Positions 28,819-38,491 of a stretch of DNA of 64,000 bases are shown piece by piece. The notes beneath the pieces are model-generated. The model had not been told where the DNA came from, ran no database searches, and saw only the letters and a program-made list of their open reading frames with translations. The stretch spans positions 4,121,061 to 4,185,060 of the forward strand of contig OY843586.1 of the NCBI GenBank assembly GCA_963692885.1. Direction: 5' to 3'. The stretch's first letter is position 1. Each line of letters starts with the position of its first letter. The DNA is from Acidobacteriaceae bacterium. GTDB taxonomy: Bacteria > Acidobacteriota > Terriglobia > Terriglobales > Acidobacteriaceae. A program made the position numbers and the translations under genes.

Positions 28819-29829
28819 CTAGTGAGCGCCAACCGTTTTTGGTTCGTTCGCGCTGATCTCCGCGAGACGCTTCTCAAGCAGCTTCTCGAGATTCTCCAGT
28901 GCTTCGGAGAAGCCCTCGATACCTTCCTTCAACTTGTCATGAGCCATGCGATCTTCAGCATGCATCTTCTCGAAGGTTTCTTTGTCGATGTGTTTCTTTT
29001 CGATGTTCAGGCTCTTCGCATTTGCCGGGTCAAGCTTGCGTGGGAGCGGTGCTTCCGTCTTGTTCAACTCTTCAAGCAGCTTAGGTGAAATGGTCAACAG
29101 ATCACAGCCGGCAAGCTCGGTGATCTCGCCGATATTGCGGAAGCTGGCGCCCATTACCTGCGTCTTGTAATCGAACTTCTTGTAGTAGTTGTAAATAGTC
29201 GTGACTGACTGCACGCCTGGATCTTCAGCACCCTTGTAATCCTTGCCCGTATCTTTCTTGTACCAGTCAAGAATGCGTCCGACGAACGGCGAGATCAGGG
29301 TCACCTTCGCTTCTGCGCAGGCGATGGCCTGGTGCAGTCCGAACAGCAGGGTAAGGTTGCAGTGAATACCTTCCTTCTCGAGGATTTCAGCAGCCTTGAT
29401 GCCTTCCCAGGTCGAGGCGATCTTCACCAGTACGCGCTCACGCGAGATACCGGCGTCGTCGTATTGCTTGATGATGGCGCGGGCCTCAGCCAACGTCTTC
29501 TCTGAGTCGTAGGACAGGCGTGCATCAACCTCGGTCGAAACGCGGCCCGGCACGATAGCCAGAATTTTTTTGCCGAACGCGACGGCAAGGGATTTGAATG
29601 CTTCCTTGGCAACATCCTTGTCCGACGCATTGTCGCCGGACTTCTTGCGTGCTTCTTTCAGTACGTCATCAACGATCGAGCTGTAGGCAGGCATCTGTGC
29701 CGCTGCTGTGATCAGTGAGGGGTTCGTAGTGGAGTCCTGTGGCTTGAACTCTTTAATGGAATCAAAGTCTCCAGAGTCAGCCACGACCTTGGTTACTTCC
29801 TTCAGTTGTTCGAGCAGATTCTTAGCCAT
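28819..29829 (-). CDS. tal: transaldolase
   Basis: Transaldolase N-terminus [36 protein letters not shown] and the Schiff-base Lys region [10 protein letters not shown]. Confidence 0.95.
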   Translation of the reverse strand: MAKNLLEQLKEVTKVVADSGDFDSIKEFKPQDSTTNPSLITAAAQMPAYSSIVDDVLKEARKKSGDNASDKDVAKEAFKSLAVAFGKKILAIVPGRVSTEVDARLSYDSEKTLAEARAIIKQYDDAGISRERVLVKIASTWEGIKAAEILEKEGIHCNLTLLFGLHQAIACAEAKVTLISPFVGRILDWYKKDTGKDYKGAEDPGVQSVTTIYNYYKKFDYKTQVMGASFRNIGEITELAGCDLLTISPKLLEELNKTEAPLPRKLDPANAKSLNIEKKHIDKETFEKMHAEDRMAHDKLKEGIEGFSEALENLEKLLEKRLAEISANEPKTVGAH

Positions 29830-29932
29830 CGATGACTCCTCTATCAGATCTTGTTTCTATTTTATCAACTTGCCCGGGATGGTCGGCACTTAAACATTGG
29901 ATGCAGCCGTTGGGGGCGGGGTGACATTGTCT

Positions 29933-30742
29933 TCAATCGATCTCCCGCGCGACCGTGTTGCTCAGCGAGCCGATGCCCGTGACCGACACCGTCACGTTAT
30001 CGCCCGGCTGCATGGCAGCCACGCCGGCGGGAGTACCGGTCAGGATCAGGTCGCCTGGTTCCAGGGTCAGGAAAGCAGTTATGTACTGCAGCAGCCCGGG
30101 AATATCGAAGATGAAGTCCCGCGTATTTCCTGCCTGCTTCTGCATCCCGTTCAGGTGCGTCTGCAGGTCCACTCCGTTCGAAATCGGATCGATTTCGTCC
30201 GTGACTACGGGTCCAACAGGGCAGAAGGTATCGAAGCCTTTGCCGCGCGTCCACTGGCCGTCAGACTTCTGCAGATCCCGCGCGGTTACGTCATTCACGA
30301 TGGTATAGCCGCGGATGTAAGGCCGAACATCCTCGCCCGGGCCAATGTTCCGGGCCCGGCGCCCGATCACGATGCCGAGCTCGCCTTCAAAATCCACGCG
30401 GCTGGAAAGCGACGGATAGCGGATGATGCCGCCGGGTTCGAGCAGTGACGAGGGCGGCTTGAGGAAGAGCAGCGGCTCCTTCGGGACATCATTGCCAAGT
30501 TCAGCAGCATGTTCGCGATAGTTGCGGCCAACGCAGACGATCTTCGAAGGAACGACCGGGCAGGCCAGCCTCGCCCCGGCGTAGGGGAACGGTTCAAAGA
30601 ACAGGTTGTCCCGGTCACCCAGCGTTTTCGTCTCGGGGAAATCGTCGTCGCGCAGCATGTCGGCCACCCAGTCTTCGCCGTTGCGGTTTTCGACGCGGGC
30701 AAATTTGGGTCCGAAGTTGGTTTGAATGCGGCAGTAACGCAT
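29933..30742 (-). CDS. fumarylacetoacetate hydrolase family protein
   Basis: FAH-domain pattern (VCVGRNYREHAAELGN..., FEGELGIVIG, GDLILTGTPAGV). Confidence 0.88.
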   Translation of the reverse strand: MRYCRIQTNFGPKFARVENRNGEDWVADMLRDDDFPETKTLGDRDNLFFEPFPYAGARLACPVVPSKIVCVGRNYREHAAELGNDVPKEPLLFLKPPSSLLEPGGIIRYPSLSSRVDFEGELGIVIGRRARNIGPGEDVRPYIRGYTIVNDVTARDLQKSDGQWTRGKGFDTFCPVGPVVTDEIDPISNGVDLQTHLNGMQKQAGNTRDFIFDIPGLLQYITAFLTLEPGDLILTGTPAGVAAMQPGDNVTVSVTGIGSLSNTVAREID

Positions 30743-30790
30743 GTTTACTCCTGTTTCCTGGTGAGATTAGCGCATGACTCCTGTTCCTGG
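30738..30790 (-). promoter_or_regulatory. tandem duplicated translation-initiation region creating a 2-codon mini-ORF upstream of the FAH-family gene
   Basis: Minus-strand sense reads CCAGGAACAGGAGTC-ATG-CGC-TAA (mini-ORF 30767-30775), then CCAGGAAACAGGAGTAAAC-ATG-CGT (true start 30742). Confidence 0.5.
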
Positions 30791-30846
30791 CCCCAACTGG
30801 TCGCTCTCAAACTGCGCCTTCCGGGTAAAGCTGCTGGAGTAATGCT

Positions 30847-32091
30847 TTACTGTGGCGGCGCGAGCGTCTCCTGTGCCTCGACTGAGCGGCCACTTTCGTT
30901 ACCGGACTGATCGACTGCGCTCACGCTGTACGCGTACTTCGTACCTGGTTGTACCTGCGTGTCATGGAAGGCCGGAGCAGCGAGCGGCGATGCGCCGGAA
31001 ATGCGTTGCAGCAGGTCACTGGTGATGCCATCGCCGCGGACTATATGCCGGTAGACGATATAGCCGGCAAGGTCAGGCTCAGTGTCTGCGGTCCATGAGA
31101 GATCGATGGCACGCGAGCCGGAGTCCGCGGCGGCAGCCAGATCTTTTGGAATGGCGGGTGGAAAGGTGTCCCGCGTCTCAATCGTCACTGGTTCACTCTG
31201 CTGTCCCAGGAGTTCAAGAAGGTGGCCATCCAGCGAGACCGCTTCGGTGCGGCGGGCGCGGTATTCATAGGTCTGGCCAAAGGCTGCCGTGCGGTCGAGC
31301 GCCTCTGTCGTCTCCTGTTCCTTCAACTCCAGTGTCTGGCGTAGCGAGGGAGCAGACGGAGCCAGTGGATTGACCTCGCGCGGTCCACTCACCCTGGCAG
31401 TCTTTGACGTGGACACCGTCTTCAGCAGTCGTTCAATCCTGATCCTACAGTCAGGGCAGGCAGGCCCGTTCGCCTTGTCCCAGTGCAGCAGAACACCCTC
31501 AGAACGCACCGTAGCCGTCAGCCCTGTAAGTGGCGGCAGGTCCGCGCCCTCCGCCGCATACGCCGGATTTGAAGCGCCAGCGGACTTTTGGGCATGGTTC
31601 AACAGTTCGACGTAATAGGTCAGCAGCGAAGGGACGCCGGTCGTCATGGTCATCGGCAGAATGTCGTCATAGGTTGACGTAACGCCCATCTTGTTGCGCT
31701 CGTCAGCCACGCGTTCACAGAGTGCCGGCACTCCTGGATTGGCACCCGGCGTCACCGGCGTGGAAGCAGTTGTATTCGGCAACCCGTTTGCCGCCGAGCC
31801 CTGGATGCGGCAGATCCGCGTAGTGACGATGCCGGCAGTCTTCGTGTGATCAGTGGTGCGGTCGCTCGTACTCCATGAAAGATGGATGGTGTCGCCGGTC
31901 CGCTGCGCAGTGAGATTACGGACGGGAACAGGCAGGTTCAGCGACGGCGGCTGCGGCGAGCCAGGTTCACCACACCCCCCAAGGCACAGCATAAGCACCA
32001 GGCCGGCGAGTGAGCAGAAGGTGTAGCGAAAATTTTGTGTCAAAACGACGCGGCGACTGCGGGTATCCGGCCGGTGTTGAGGGTGAGCCAT
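30847..32091 (-). CDS. lipoprotein with fibronectin type III-like repeats, hypothetical
   Basis: Lipobox LCLGGC after a hydrophobic signal, and repeated ..L.A......I.LSW... beta-sandwich-like segments. Confidence 0.6.
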   Translation of the reverse strand: MAHPQHRPDTRSRRVVLTQNFRYTFCSLAGLVLMLCLGGCGEPGSPQPPSLNLPVPVRNLTAQRTGDTIHLSWSTSDRTTDHTKTAGIVTTRICRIQGSAANGLPNTTASTPVTPGANPGVPALCERVADERNKMGVTSTYDDILPMTMTTGVPSLLTYYVELLNHAQKSAGASNPAYAAEGADLPPLTGLTATVRSEGVLLHWDKANGPACPDCRIRIERLLKTVSTSKTARVSGPREVNPLAPSAPSLRQTLELKEQETTEALDRTAAFGQTYEYRARRTEAVSLDGHLLELLGQQSEPVTIETRDTFPPAIPKDLAAAADSGSRAIDLSWTADTEPDLAGYIVYRHIVRGDGITSDLLQRISGASPLAAPAFHDTQVQPGTKYAYSVSAVDQSGNESGRSVEAQETLAPPQ

Positions 32092-32160
32092 CCGATCTTC
32101 AGCGTAGCAGAGGAGGCGATGCCGATACTCGGCGTCCCACCTGCATCGCGGGCGAGACCC

Positions 32161-33096
32161 TTACTCGTAGAGCAGCGTATGCAGTGCGGGTCCAATGGAT
32201 GGCTCGAGGAAGTTAAACCCCAGTGTCTGCAGGCGGGCCGGCAATACGCGACTACTCGACAGTAGTGTGTCTTCCGCCATCTGCCCGAATGCCAGTTTTA
32301 GCGCAAACGCTGGGACGACCCAGGGCGCGGGGCGATGCACTTCTGCTGCGAGCGCGCGGGTGAACTCTGCATTACTCACCGGGTTTGGCGCGACCACATT
32401 CAATGGACCTGCCGCCTGGTCGTTGTTGATAGCAAAAGCTATGGCCCGGACGACATCAGTCAGCGTGACCCAGCTCATCCACTGGCGGCCATCGCCCAGG
32501 CGACCACCCATCGCAGACTTGAACAGCGGCAGCAGCTGCCCCATCGCACCGCCGTCCGGCGCCAAAACAACACCAAACCGCAGGTGGACGACTCTCATGC
32601 CGAGTGCCTTCGCCGCATCAGGGGCTGCCTCCCAGGCTTCGCAGACCTCGGGCAAAAACCCACTGCCGTGCGTAGAATCTTCGGTCAGCACTTCATCGCC
32701 GCGATCGCCGTAGATGCCGATAGCACTCGCACAGACCAGGACCTTTGGCGGGGCCTGCAACCGCGAAAGAATGGAGACCAGGGTTCGCGATGAATCTATC
32801 CGGCTGTCCCGGATCGTCTTCTTGTACGCCGCCGTCCAGCGGTGGCTGGAGAGGTTTGCACCGGCCAGGTGTACCGCAGCGGCACAGTCTTCGATATGAA
32901 CCAGGTCGGCGTCGTCCGCCAGCGGCTTGGCTGGGTTATCAGGCCGCCATTGCACTGTTGTTCCCGCAGCCGGCTGCTCGCCGGTCGGAGCAGAACGAAC
33001 GAGGGAGATGAGAGTATGTGATGGCGATAGTTGCTGAAGAAGCGCTCTGCCAATAAGTCCAGTGCTGCCAGAAACAAGTACCTTTTGTGAAGCCAT
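32161..33096 (-). CDS. TIGR01777-type NAD-dependent epimerase/dehydratase (SDR with DUF1731 C-terminus)
   Basis: ATG 33096 gives MASQKVLVSGSTGLIGRAL (GxxGxxG). The length and C-terminal region are typical of the family. Confidence 0.8.
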   Translation of the reverse strand: MASQKVLVSGSTGLIGRALLQQLSPSHTLISLVRSAPTGEQPAAGTTVQWRPDNPAKPLADDADLVHIEDCAAAVHLAGANLSSHRWTAAYKKTIRDSRIDSSRTLVSILSRLQAPPKVLVCASAIGIYGDRGDEVLTEDSTHGSGFLPEVCEAWEAAPDAAKALGMRVVHLRFGVVLAPDGGAMGQLLPLFKSAMGGRLGDGRQWMSWVTLTDVVRAIAFAINNDQAAGPLNVVAPNPVSNAEFTRALAAEVHRPAPWVVPAFALKLAFGQMAEDTLLSSSRVLPARLQTLGFNFLEPSIGPALHTLLYE

Positions 33097-33272
33097 AGCC
33101 AAGCATCTATCTAAAAGGCAAGCATGCCGCGTAATGAACATGACGTCATCAAAAATATTGTTGATGCTGGAAACACTTTCTCTGTCCTATGCATCTATCT
33201 GCTCACACGGGTAAAGAGAGAACGTGAGCCGGGGACGCGAGTGGCGCCCCAAGGAATCCTCAGGAGAGTCAA

Positions 33273-34073
33273 ATGGACATCGAGACAACAAAAGCGGCGG
33301 AGACAGCTCCGACCGAGGTTGACCAGGCAAGCGCCGAGGCGGTTATCTCGGATAAGCATATCGGCGAGCGGATCAAGCGCCTGCGGCTGAAGAAGTCGAT
33401 GGGGCTGGTCGAACTGGGCCGCCACACCGGACTCTCCGCAAGCTTTCTTTCGCAGCTTGAAACCGGTCGCGTTGTGCCCACCCTGCGCAACCTGGCGCGC
33501 ATCGCGATGGTTTTCAGCAAGGATCTGTCGTATTTCTTCGAATCGGAACCCCAGACTATCTTCCGTATTCATCGCAAGAAGGAGCGCGTACGTCTTCCGC
33601 AGACCGGCGTCGATGACCCGACGTACTTCTTCGAGAGCCTGGGCTACATGGTCCCGGACCGGCAGCTCGATCCGTACTATGCTGAGTTCGTGCCCTTGAA
33701 AGAAGGCCATGAAGTGCGGCCCCATGTGCATACCGGCTTCGAATTCCTGTACGTACTGCAGGGTGAGCTTGAGATCCGGCACTCGGACAAGCGCGACCTG
33801 ATGGGACCGGGCGACGGCGTCTACTTTGACGCAAGCACCCCGCACAGCTATCGCTGCAGCGGCACTGAGCCAGCAGTCGCCATCATCGTTACCATGCACC
33901 AGATGCAGACTTCGCAGGCTATGTCGGCAGCGCGGCCGGTGAGTAATGGAGTCGGCAATGGCGCCGGGCGAATGAACGGCCAGAGCGTACCTTCGCAGTT
34001 GTCAGCCCCGAAGGTGGGAACACGCCTGCCGGGTGAGTTGGTCAATGGCAGCGGTTCCGCCGTAAAACAGTAG
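33273..34073 (+). CDS. XRE-family HTH transcriptional regulator with C-terminal cupin domain
   Basis: HTH_3 segment IGERIKRLRLKKSMGLVELGRHTGLSASFLSQLETGR and a cupin motif HVHTGFEFLYVLQGELE...GDGVYFDASTPHSY. It is a paralog of 63216..63992. Confidence 0.88.
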   Translation: MDIETTKAAETAPTEVDQASAEAVISDKHIGERIKRLRLKKSMGLVELGRHTGLSASFLSQLETGRVVPTLRNLARIAMVFSKDLSYFFESEPQTIFRIHRKKERVRLPQTGVDDPTYFFESLGYMVPDRQLDPYYAEFVPLKEGHEVRPHVHTGFEFLYVLQGELEIRHSDKRDLMGPGDGVYFDASTPHSYRCSGTEPAVAIIVTMHQMQTSQAMSAARPVSNGVGNGAGRMNGQSVPSQLSAPKVGTRLPGELVNGSGSAVKQ

Positions 34074-34094
34074 TCAATCGAGTGCAGTTTGAAG

Positions 34095-34124
34095 GGCGGC
34101 TCTCCTCGGAGAACCGCCTTTTTT
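34095..34124 (+). terminator. rho-independent terminator of the XRE-cupin gene
   Basis: GGCGGCTCTCC...GGAGAACCGCC stem with one mismatch, followed by TTTTTT. Confidence 0.75.
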
Positions 34125-34146
34125 GCTTAAACCCGGTCGGACCGCA

Positions 34147-34442
34147 TCAGCAGGAGAGTCGGTGAACAATACCGGTGATTGCATCTTCTGTTGCCTTATC
34201 CATAGCAGAGAAATACCACGACGACGCGGTGAGCTGATTGGCCGCACCTCCTCGGGTGAGGGGTTCGCATCCTGCGTCAGGCCCAGGGTCATGAATTTCT
34301 TGTCTGCGCGAACAAAGCAGACAGTTTTGCCATCCCTGGCGTATGCCGGCATGCCGTACCAGACGGTCGGCCGAAGCGCTGGCGCACTGCGCAGGATGAG
34401 CGCATGTAGACGCTCACCCATCTCACGGAAGTGCTCGGGCAT
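34147..34442 (-). pseudogene. DUF1801 (YdhG-like) domain gene with a 1-nt frameshift
   Basis: The first frame gives MPEHFREMGERLHALILRSAPALRPTVWYGMPAYARDGKTVCFVRADKKFMTLGLTQDAN. The family-like C-terminus (PLTRGGAANQLTASSWYFSAMDKATEDAITGIVHRLSC*) continues in another frame after a C4 run (G4 on the plus strand, 34260-34263). The track ORF tail instead runs through the neighbour's terminator. Confidence 0.55.
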
Positions 34443-34509
34443 GGCGGCAATCTTCGCGAGCGTGGCATCGCCGCCCTCGACCGTGACCGTGCGTCAAGCA
34501 GCCTTCTTT

Positions 34510-35259
34510 TCAGGCACTGCGCGACAGACTTCCGCTGCCGCCTTCGCTCTGCGGCTCCAGCTTGGCGTTGAAGTACAGCAGGCGTCCGCAGCTTTCGCAT
34601 GTCAGCAGTGCGCCGGAGCGCACATTGTTCCAGGCCTGCGCTCGCAACTGCATCTGGCAGGCTGAACACTTCTGATGTGTGGCCCGTGACGAGCCCGTTT
34701 TCTTTGACGCTGCGACGCGATCGTAGGTGCTCAGCACATCAGGATCCATGGCAGCCCGGTGCATGGCCTGCTCCTGTTTAAGGCCGGACAGCTCGACCTT
34801 CTTTTCTGCAATCAGGACAGCTACCTGCCGGCGGTCTGCGTCGAGTTGCGCCTGTTGCGCTGCGACCTGCGCATGTGCTGCTTTGACTGCCGCGTCTGCT
34901 GCTTCGGCGCGTTCCATGTAGGCAAGCTCGGCGTCTTCGATGCGGCGGATCTCGGCTTCGGCAAAACTGATCTCATGCTGCAGCGCGTAGAACTGCTCAT
35001 TGTTTTTGACGCTGCCCGACTGGGCCTTGAACTTTTCGATCCTGGCTTGCTGATCCTTCAGATCGCTCTCCAGGCGACGGCGCGTGGCCTCTTCTTCCCG
35101 CACCTTCAGTTCGGCGGCGGCTGCTTCCTTCTGTCGTTTCTGCAGGCGCTCTTCAAGGTCGGCAACGCGGCGCGGCAAGGCTGCAAGCTCCGCATGGGCC
35201 TTGATGATTTCTTCATCCACCTGCGACAGGCAGATGAGCGTATCGACGGTTGCTTCCAT
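34510..35259 (-). CDS. COG1579-type coiled-coil protein with C-terminal C4 zinc ribbon
   Basis: ATG 35259 is preceded by CAGGAG. A long coiled coil ends in CSACQMQL...CESCGRLLY. Confidence 0.8.
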   Translation of the reverse strand: MEATVDTLICLSQVDEEIIKAHAELAALPRRVADLEERLQKRQKEAAAAELKVREEEATRRRLESDLKDQQARIEKFKAQSGSVKNNEQFYALQHEISFAEAEIRRIEDAELAYMERAEAADAAVKAAHAQVAAQQAQLDADRRQVAVLIAEKKVELSGLKQEQAMHRAAMDPDVLSTYDRVAASKKTGSSRATHQKCSACQMQLRAQAWNNVRSGALLTCESCGRLLYFNAKLEPQSEGGSGSLSRSA

Positions 35260-35260
35260 T

Positions 35261-35370
35261 GAGCAGTACTCCTGTGGGTTTACGCGAGAGATGATCGACT
35301 CTGGCCTTTTCCAACAAAAAAAGGTCGACCTGCACAATGACGGAAAGGCCTGGCAGCAGGAGTACTGCTC
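35261..35370 (-). promoter_or_regulatory. nested inverted repeat covering the SD of the zinc-ribbon gene
   Basis: GAGCAGTACTCCTG (35261-35274) is the perfect reverse complement of CAGGAGTACTGCTC (35357-35370). An inner stem pairs GGCCTTTTCC (35303-35312) with GGAAAGGCC (35342-35350). Confidence 0.55.
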
Positions 35371-35416
35371 CAGATCTGCCCTTCCATTACAGCACGGAGA
35401 ATAGCACGATGGCGCG

Positions 35417-37771
35417 ATGAAAACCGCTGCAGGCGGCTACTGTAAACTTGGCAGGATTACCCCGGACACAACGCCGCCACACCTGGAGATTGCCTGCGTG
35501 CCTGCTTTCCTTTCCCTTAAATACTTTTTTACTGCCATGGTGCTCAGTGCGACTGTCATGCCGCTACTGCAGGCAGCCAACAAAACCTCTGCGCACAAGA
35601 CACTGACCATTCCCGACATCTTCGCCCCAGGCGGAATTACTACTCCTGCACCGGACGGGCTGGTGTGGAGTCCGGACGGCACACGACTGACCTACCTCGA
35701 CAGCAGCGGCGATCTGGTCGAAGTGATCGGCTCAACTGGTCAGCGCTCCGTACTGGTCAGCAAAGCCAAGCTCTCGTCACTCACTGCGAAGAGCGGCACG
35801 GAAGTCGACCAGGACCACCGCGCGCGCTATGGGCAGGCAAGCTATATCTGGGTGCCCGATTCGAAGCACCTACTGTTCAACGCGAGCGGCCAGCTGTGGT
35901 ACTACACCCTGGCGAATGGCACGGCTATCGAAGTAGCGCAGACCGGCGCCGGCAGTGGCGACGATCCGAAGTTTTCTCCAGACGGAAAATTGCTGAGTTA
36001 TGTGCGCGATCGCAATCTGTACGTCCGGCACCTGCAGGAGCCGCAGATCCCGGCCTTCGCCCTGACTACCAGCAAGGAAGAAACAGTACTGAACGGCCAG
36101 GTGGACTGGGTGTATGAAGAAGAACTGGACGTACGCAGCAACTACTTCTGGGCGCCTGATTCGAAGAACATCGCGTACCTGCAGATGTACGAGAATGCCG
36201 TGCCCAGCTATCCCATCACCGACTGGATTCCCACGCACGCGACCGTCGATCAGCAGCGCTATCCGCAGCCAGGCGATCCGAATCCCGTCGTCCGGGTAGG
36301 CATTGTGAATGCCAGCAGCGGCAAGACCATGTGGCTCAAAGTGCCGCTCGACGTGGGCAATGACTACATCCCGCGCTTCGGCTGGCTCAATGCGAAGACC
36401 GTCTGGATCGAGACACTCACCCGCGACCACAAACATCGCACGCTCTACTTCGCCGATATCGCGAATGGCATGGTGAAGCAGGTCCTGGCTGAATCCGATG
36501 AGAAGTTTCTGGATGAGGATTACGACATCACCTTCAATGGCGACATGTTTCTATGGACCAGCTGGCGCGATGGCCATACTCACATCTACCAGTACAGCTT
36601 TGACGAGCACTCCCCGTTCACCGCAGAAGCAAAGCTGGAGAAGCAGCTGACCAGTGGCGACTTCGAGGTCGAAAGCGTTAAGGGCATCGATGTACCGGCG
36701 AAGACTGTCTACTATCTCTCGGATGAAGGCGACCCCCGCGAGCAGCAGTTGTGGACGGTGAAACTGGATGGCACGGGAAAGCGGCAGGTCACCAGCCTGC
36801 CTGGCTCGCACGCCGTGGTGATGTCCCCGAATGCGAAGTTCTTTTCAGATGAGACGTCGTCCACGATCACGCCGCCCAAGGTGAGCCTGTGCCGGAATGA
36901 GAAGGATTGCGATACGTTCTGGAGTGCGCCGAGCGTGGCAGATTATGATCTTGCGGAGCCGGAGCCACTGGAGCTGAAAGCGGCCGACGGCAAAACTACT
37001 CTGTACGCGAGCCTGGTGCTGCCCGCAGGCAAGACGAAGAAGGACAGTATTCCGCTAATCGTAAACCCTTATGGCGGTCCGCACGCGCAGATAGTCAAGA
37101 ACAGCTGGAATGGCCGTGGACTGCTGTTCGACGAGGTGCTGGCACAACACGGCTACGCTGTGCTGCACGTTGATAACCGCGGCATGGGCGGACGCGGGCG
37201 CGAGTTCGCGCAGGCCGCCTATCACAACTTCGGGCCGGTGCAGCTGCAGGACCAGCTGGCGGCCGTCGACCAGGTATTGGCGACGCACAAGGACCTGGAT
37301 GCCAATCAACTGGGCTGGTGGGGATGGAGCTGGGGCGGAACGTTCACGCTGTACGCCCTGTCGCACTCAGACCGCTTCAGCGCCGGGGTTTCTGTTGCGC
37401 CCGTGACGGACTGGCGCAACTACGATTCCATCTACACCGAGCGTTACATGGGCCTGCCATCTGAAAACCCGGATGGCTATCGCGATGATTCCGTCGTCAA
37501 CAGTGCGAAGGACCTGAAAGGCCGGCTGTTGCTGGTGCATGGGACGGGTGATGATAACGTGCACATGGCTAACTCAATCCAGTACATCCAGAAGCTGATT
37601 GACGCCGACGTCCCGTACGACCTGCAACTGTATCCGCGCAAAACGCACTCGATTGCCGGCACCGAAGCGCGGACGCACCTTTACGAGCGCATCCTTGCGC
37701 AGTTTGAGATGTACCTGGGGAAAAATGCGCCGGGACAGAAAGCCCTGGCGGAAGAGAAAGCCGCGAGGTAG
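35417..37771 (+). CDS. S9B prolyl dipeptidyl peptidase (DPP-IV-like), secreted
   Basis: DPP-IV N-terminal beta-propeller region plus the catalytic GWSWGG, DDNVH and THSI triad elements. A hydrophobic N-terminal signal is present. Confidence 0.9.
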   Translation: MKTAAGGYCKLGRITPDTTPPHLEIACVPAFLSLKYFFTAMVLSATVMPLLQAANKTSAHKTLTIPDIFAPGGITTPAPDGLVWSPDGTRLTYLDSSGDLVEVIGSTGQRSVLVSKAKLSSLTAKSGTEVDQDHRARYGQASYIWVPDSKHLLFNASGQLWYYTLANGTAIEVAQTGAGSGDDPKFSPDGKLLSYVRDRNLYVRHLQEPQIPAFALTTSKEETVLNGQVDWVYEEELDVRSNYFWAPDSKNIAYLQMYENAVPSYPITDWIPTHATVDQQRYPQPGDPNPVVRVGIVNASSGKTMWLKVPLDVGNDYIPRFGWLNAKTVWIETLTRDHKHRTLYFADIANGMVKQVLAESDEKFLDEDYDITFNGDMFLWTSWRDGHTHIYQYSFDEHSPFTAEAKLEKQLTSGDFEVESVKGIDVPAKTVYYLSDEGDPREQQLWTVKLDGTGKRQVTSLPGSHAVVMSPNAKFFSDETSSTITPPKVSLCRNEKDCDTFWSAPSVADYDLAEPEPLELKAADGKTTLYASLVLPAGKTKKDSIPLIVNPYGGPHAQIVKNSWNGRGLLFDEVLAQHGYAVLHVDNRGMGGRGREFAQAAYHNFGPVQLQDQLAAVDQVLATHKDLDANQLGWWGWSWGGTFTLYALSHSDRFSAGVSVAPVTDWRNYDSIYTERYMGLPSENPDGYRDDSVVNSAKDLKGRLLLVHGTGDDNVHMANSIQYIQKLIDADVPYDLQLYPRKTHSIAGTEARTHLYERILAQFEMYLGKNAPGQKALAEEKAAR

Positions 37772-37791
37772 CAGACGGGACAACACACTTC

Positions 37792-37814
37792 GCGGGCAGC
37801 GTCGGGCTGCCCGC
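37792..37814. terminator. GC-rich hairpin between convergent genes (terminator-like, no clear T-tract)
   Basis: GCGGGCAGC-GTCGG-GCTGCCCGC. Confidence 0.45.
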
Positions 37815-37825
37815 AGGCATTGAGA

Positions 37826-38182
37826 TCAGGCTGCAGCTGCGGTGCTGAGGCCGGTTTCGGAGTCTGCGAAGTAAGGGGTCAGGCTGAGCGCGGCCAGTTC
37901 TTCCGCGGTGAAGATGTGCTTGCTGCCCGTCTCGCGATTGATCAGGTCAGCGGCAAGACCGGCTGTTAGCGTGCGCTGGATCGCTTTGCGATGGAAGGCG
38001 GAAGAACGCATCATCTGGCAGATCTCCTCAAACACCGGCTCCCAAAGGAGAAAACGGCCCTGGAACAGCTGGCCTGTCTGCGTGGGATGGGCGAGGATTT
38101 CAAGCTGATGATCGAGAAACGAAGCGTCGGATGTGTCGGCCACAAAGCGTAACTGCAAGGTGTAGCGAGAAGTGTTTTCCAT
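37826..38182 (-). CDS. hypothetical protein (118 aa)
   Basis: ORF only. I recognise no domain. Confidence 0.5.
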   Translation of the reverse strand: MENTSRYTLQLRFVADTSDASFLDHQLEILAHPTQTGQLFQGRFLLWEPVFEEICQMMRSSAFHRKAIQRTLTAGLAADLINRETGSKHIFTAEELAALSLTPYFADSETGLSTAAAA

Positions 38183-38326
38183 AAGGCAACCCCTTTCCGG
38201 GTTCTGAAACAGTGTGGCAATCTATTAACTTTTTAGGGGGCTACGTCCTAAGAGTCATTGGTGACTCGGATCGTTGCCTGCTAACCTGCGTGGGCGAAGT
38301 CCATGTGCCTGGGCATCCTGGCCCTT

Positions 38327-38353
38327 AAAAAAAAGCGCATCGCAATATGCGCT
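38327..38353 (-). terminator. orphan rho-independent terminator (minus-strand sense) in a divergent intergenic region
   Basis: Minus-strand sense reads AGCGCAT-ATTGCG-ATGCGCT followed by T8. No annotated minus-strand gene ends here. Confidence 0.5.
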
Positions 38354-38491
38354 GATCGGTGCTCTCTCCTCCCGGAGTCAGCTGGTCTGAAACCATAGTG
38401 GCGTATTTCCAGTGGCCCCGCAAGACCTTTTAAGAGCCCGAAGGTACTAGAGTGGCCCGATCTGGATCACTTCCGGCAGGCCGCCGGTTAC

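Noticed and set aside
38354-38420. An SRP (4.5S) RNA-like hairpin (CUCC-GGGA-GGAG followed by AGAGCACC) on the minus strand.
   Set aside because: The GNRA loop and an AGCA element are present, but the 5' side lacks the conserved AGG/GGUCC features. I could not extend the fold into the long helix 8/5 hairpin expected of bacterial SRP RNA.
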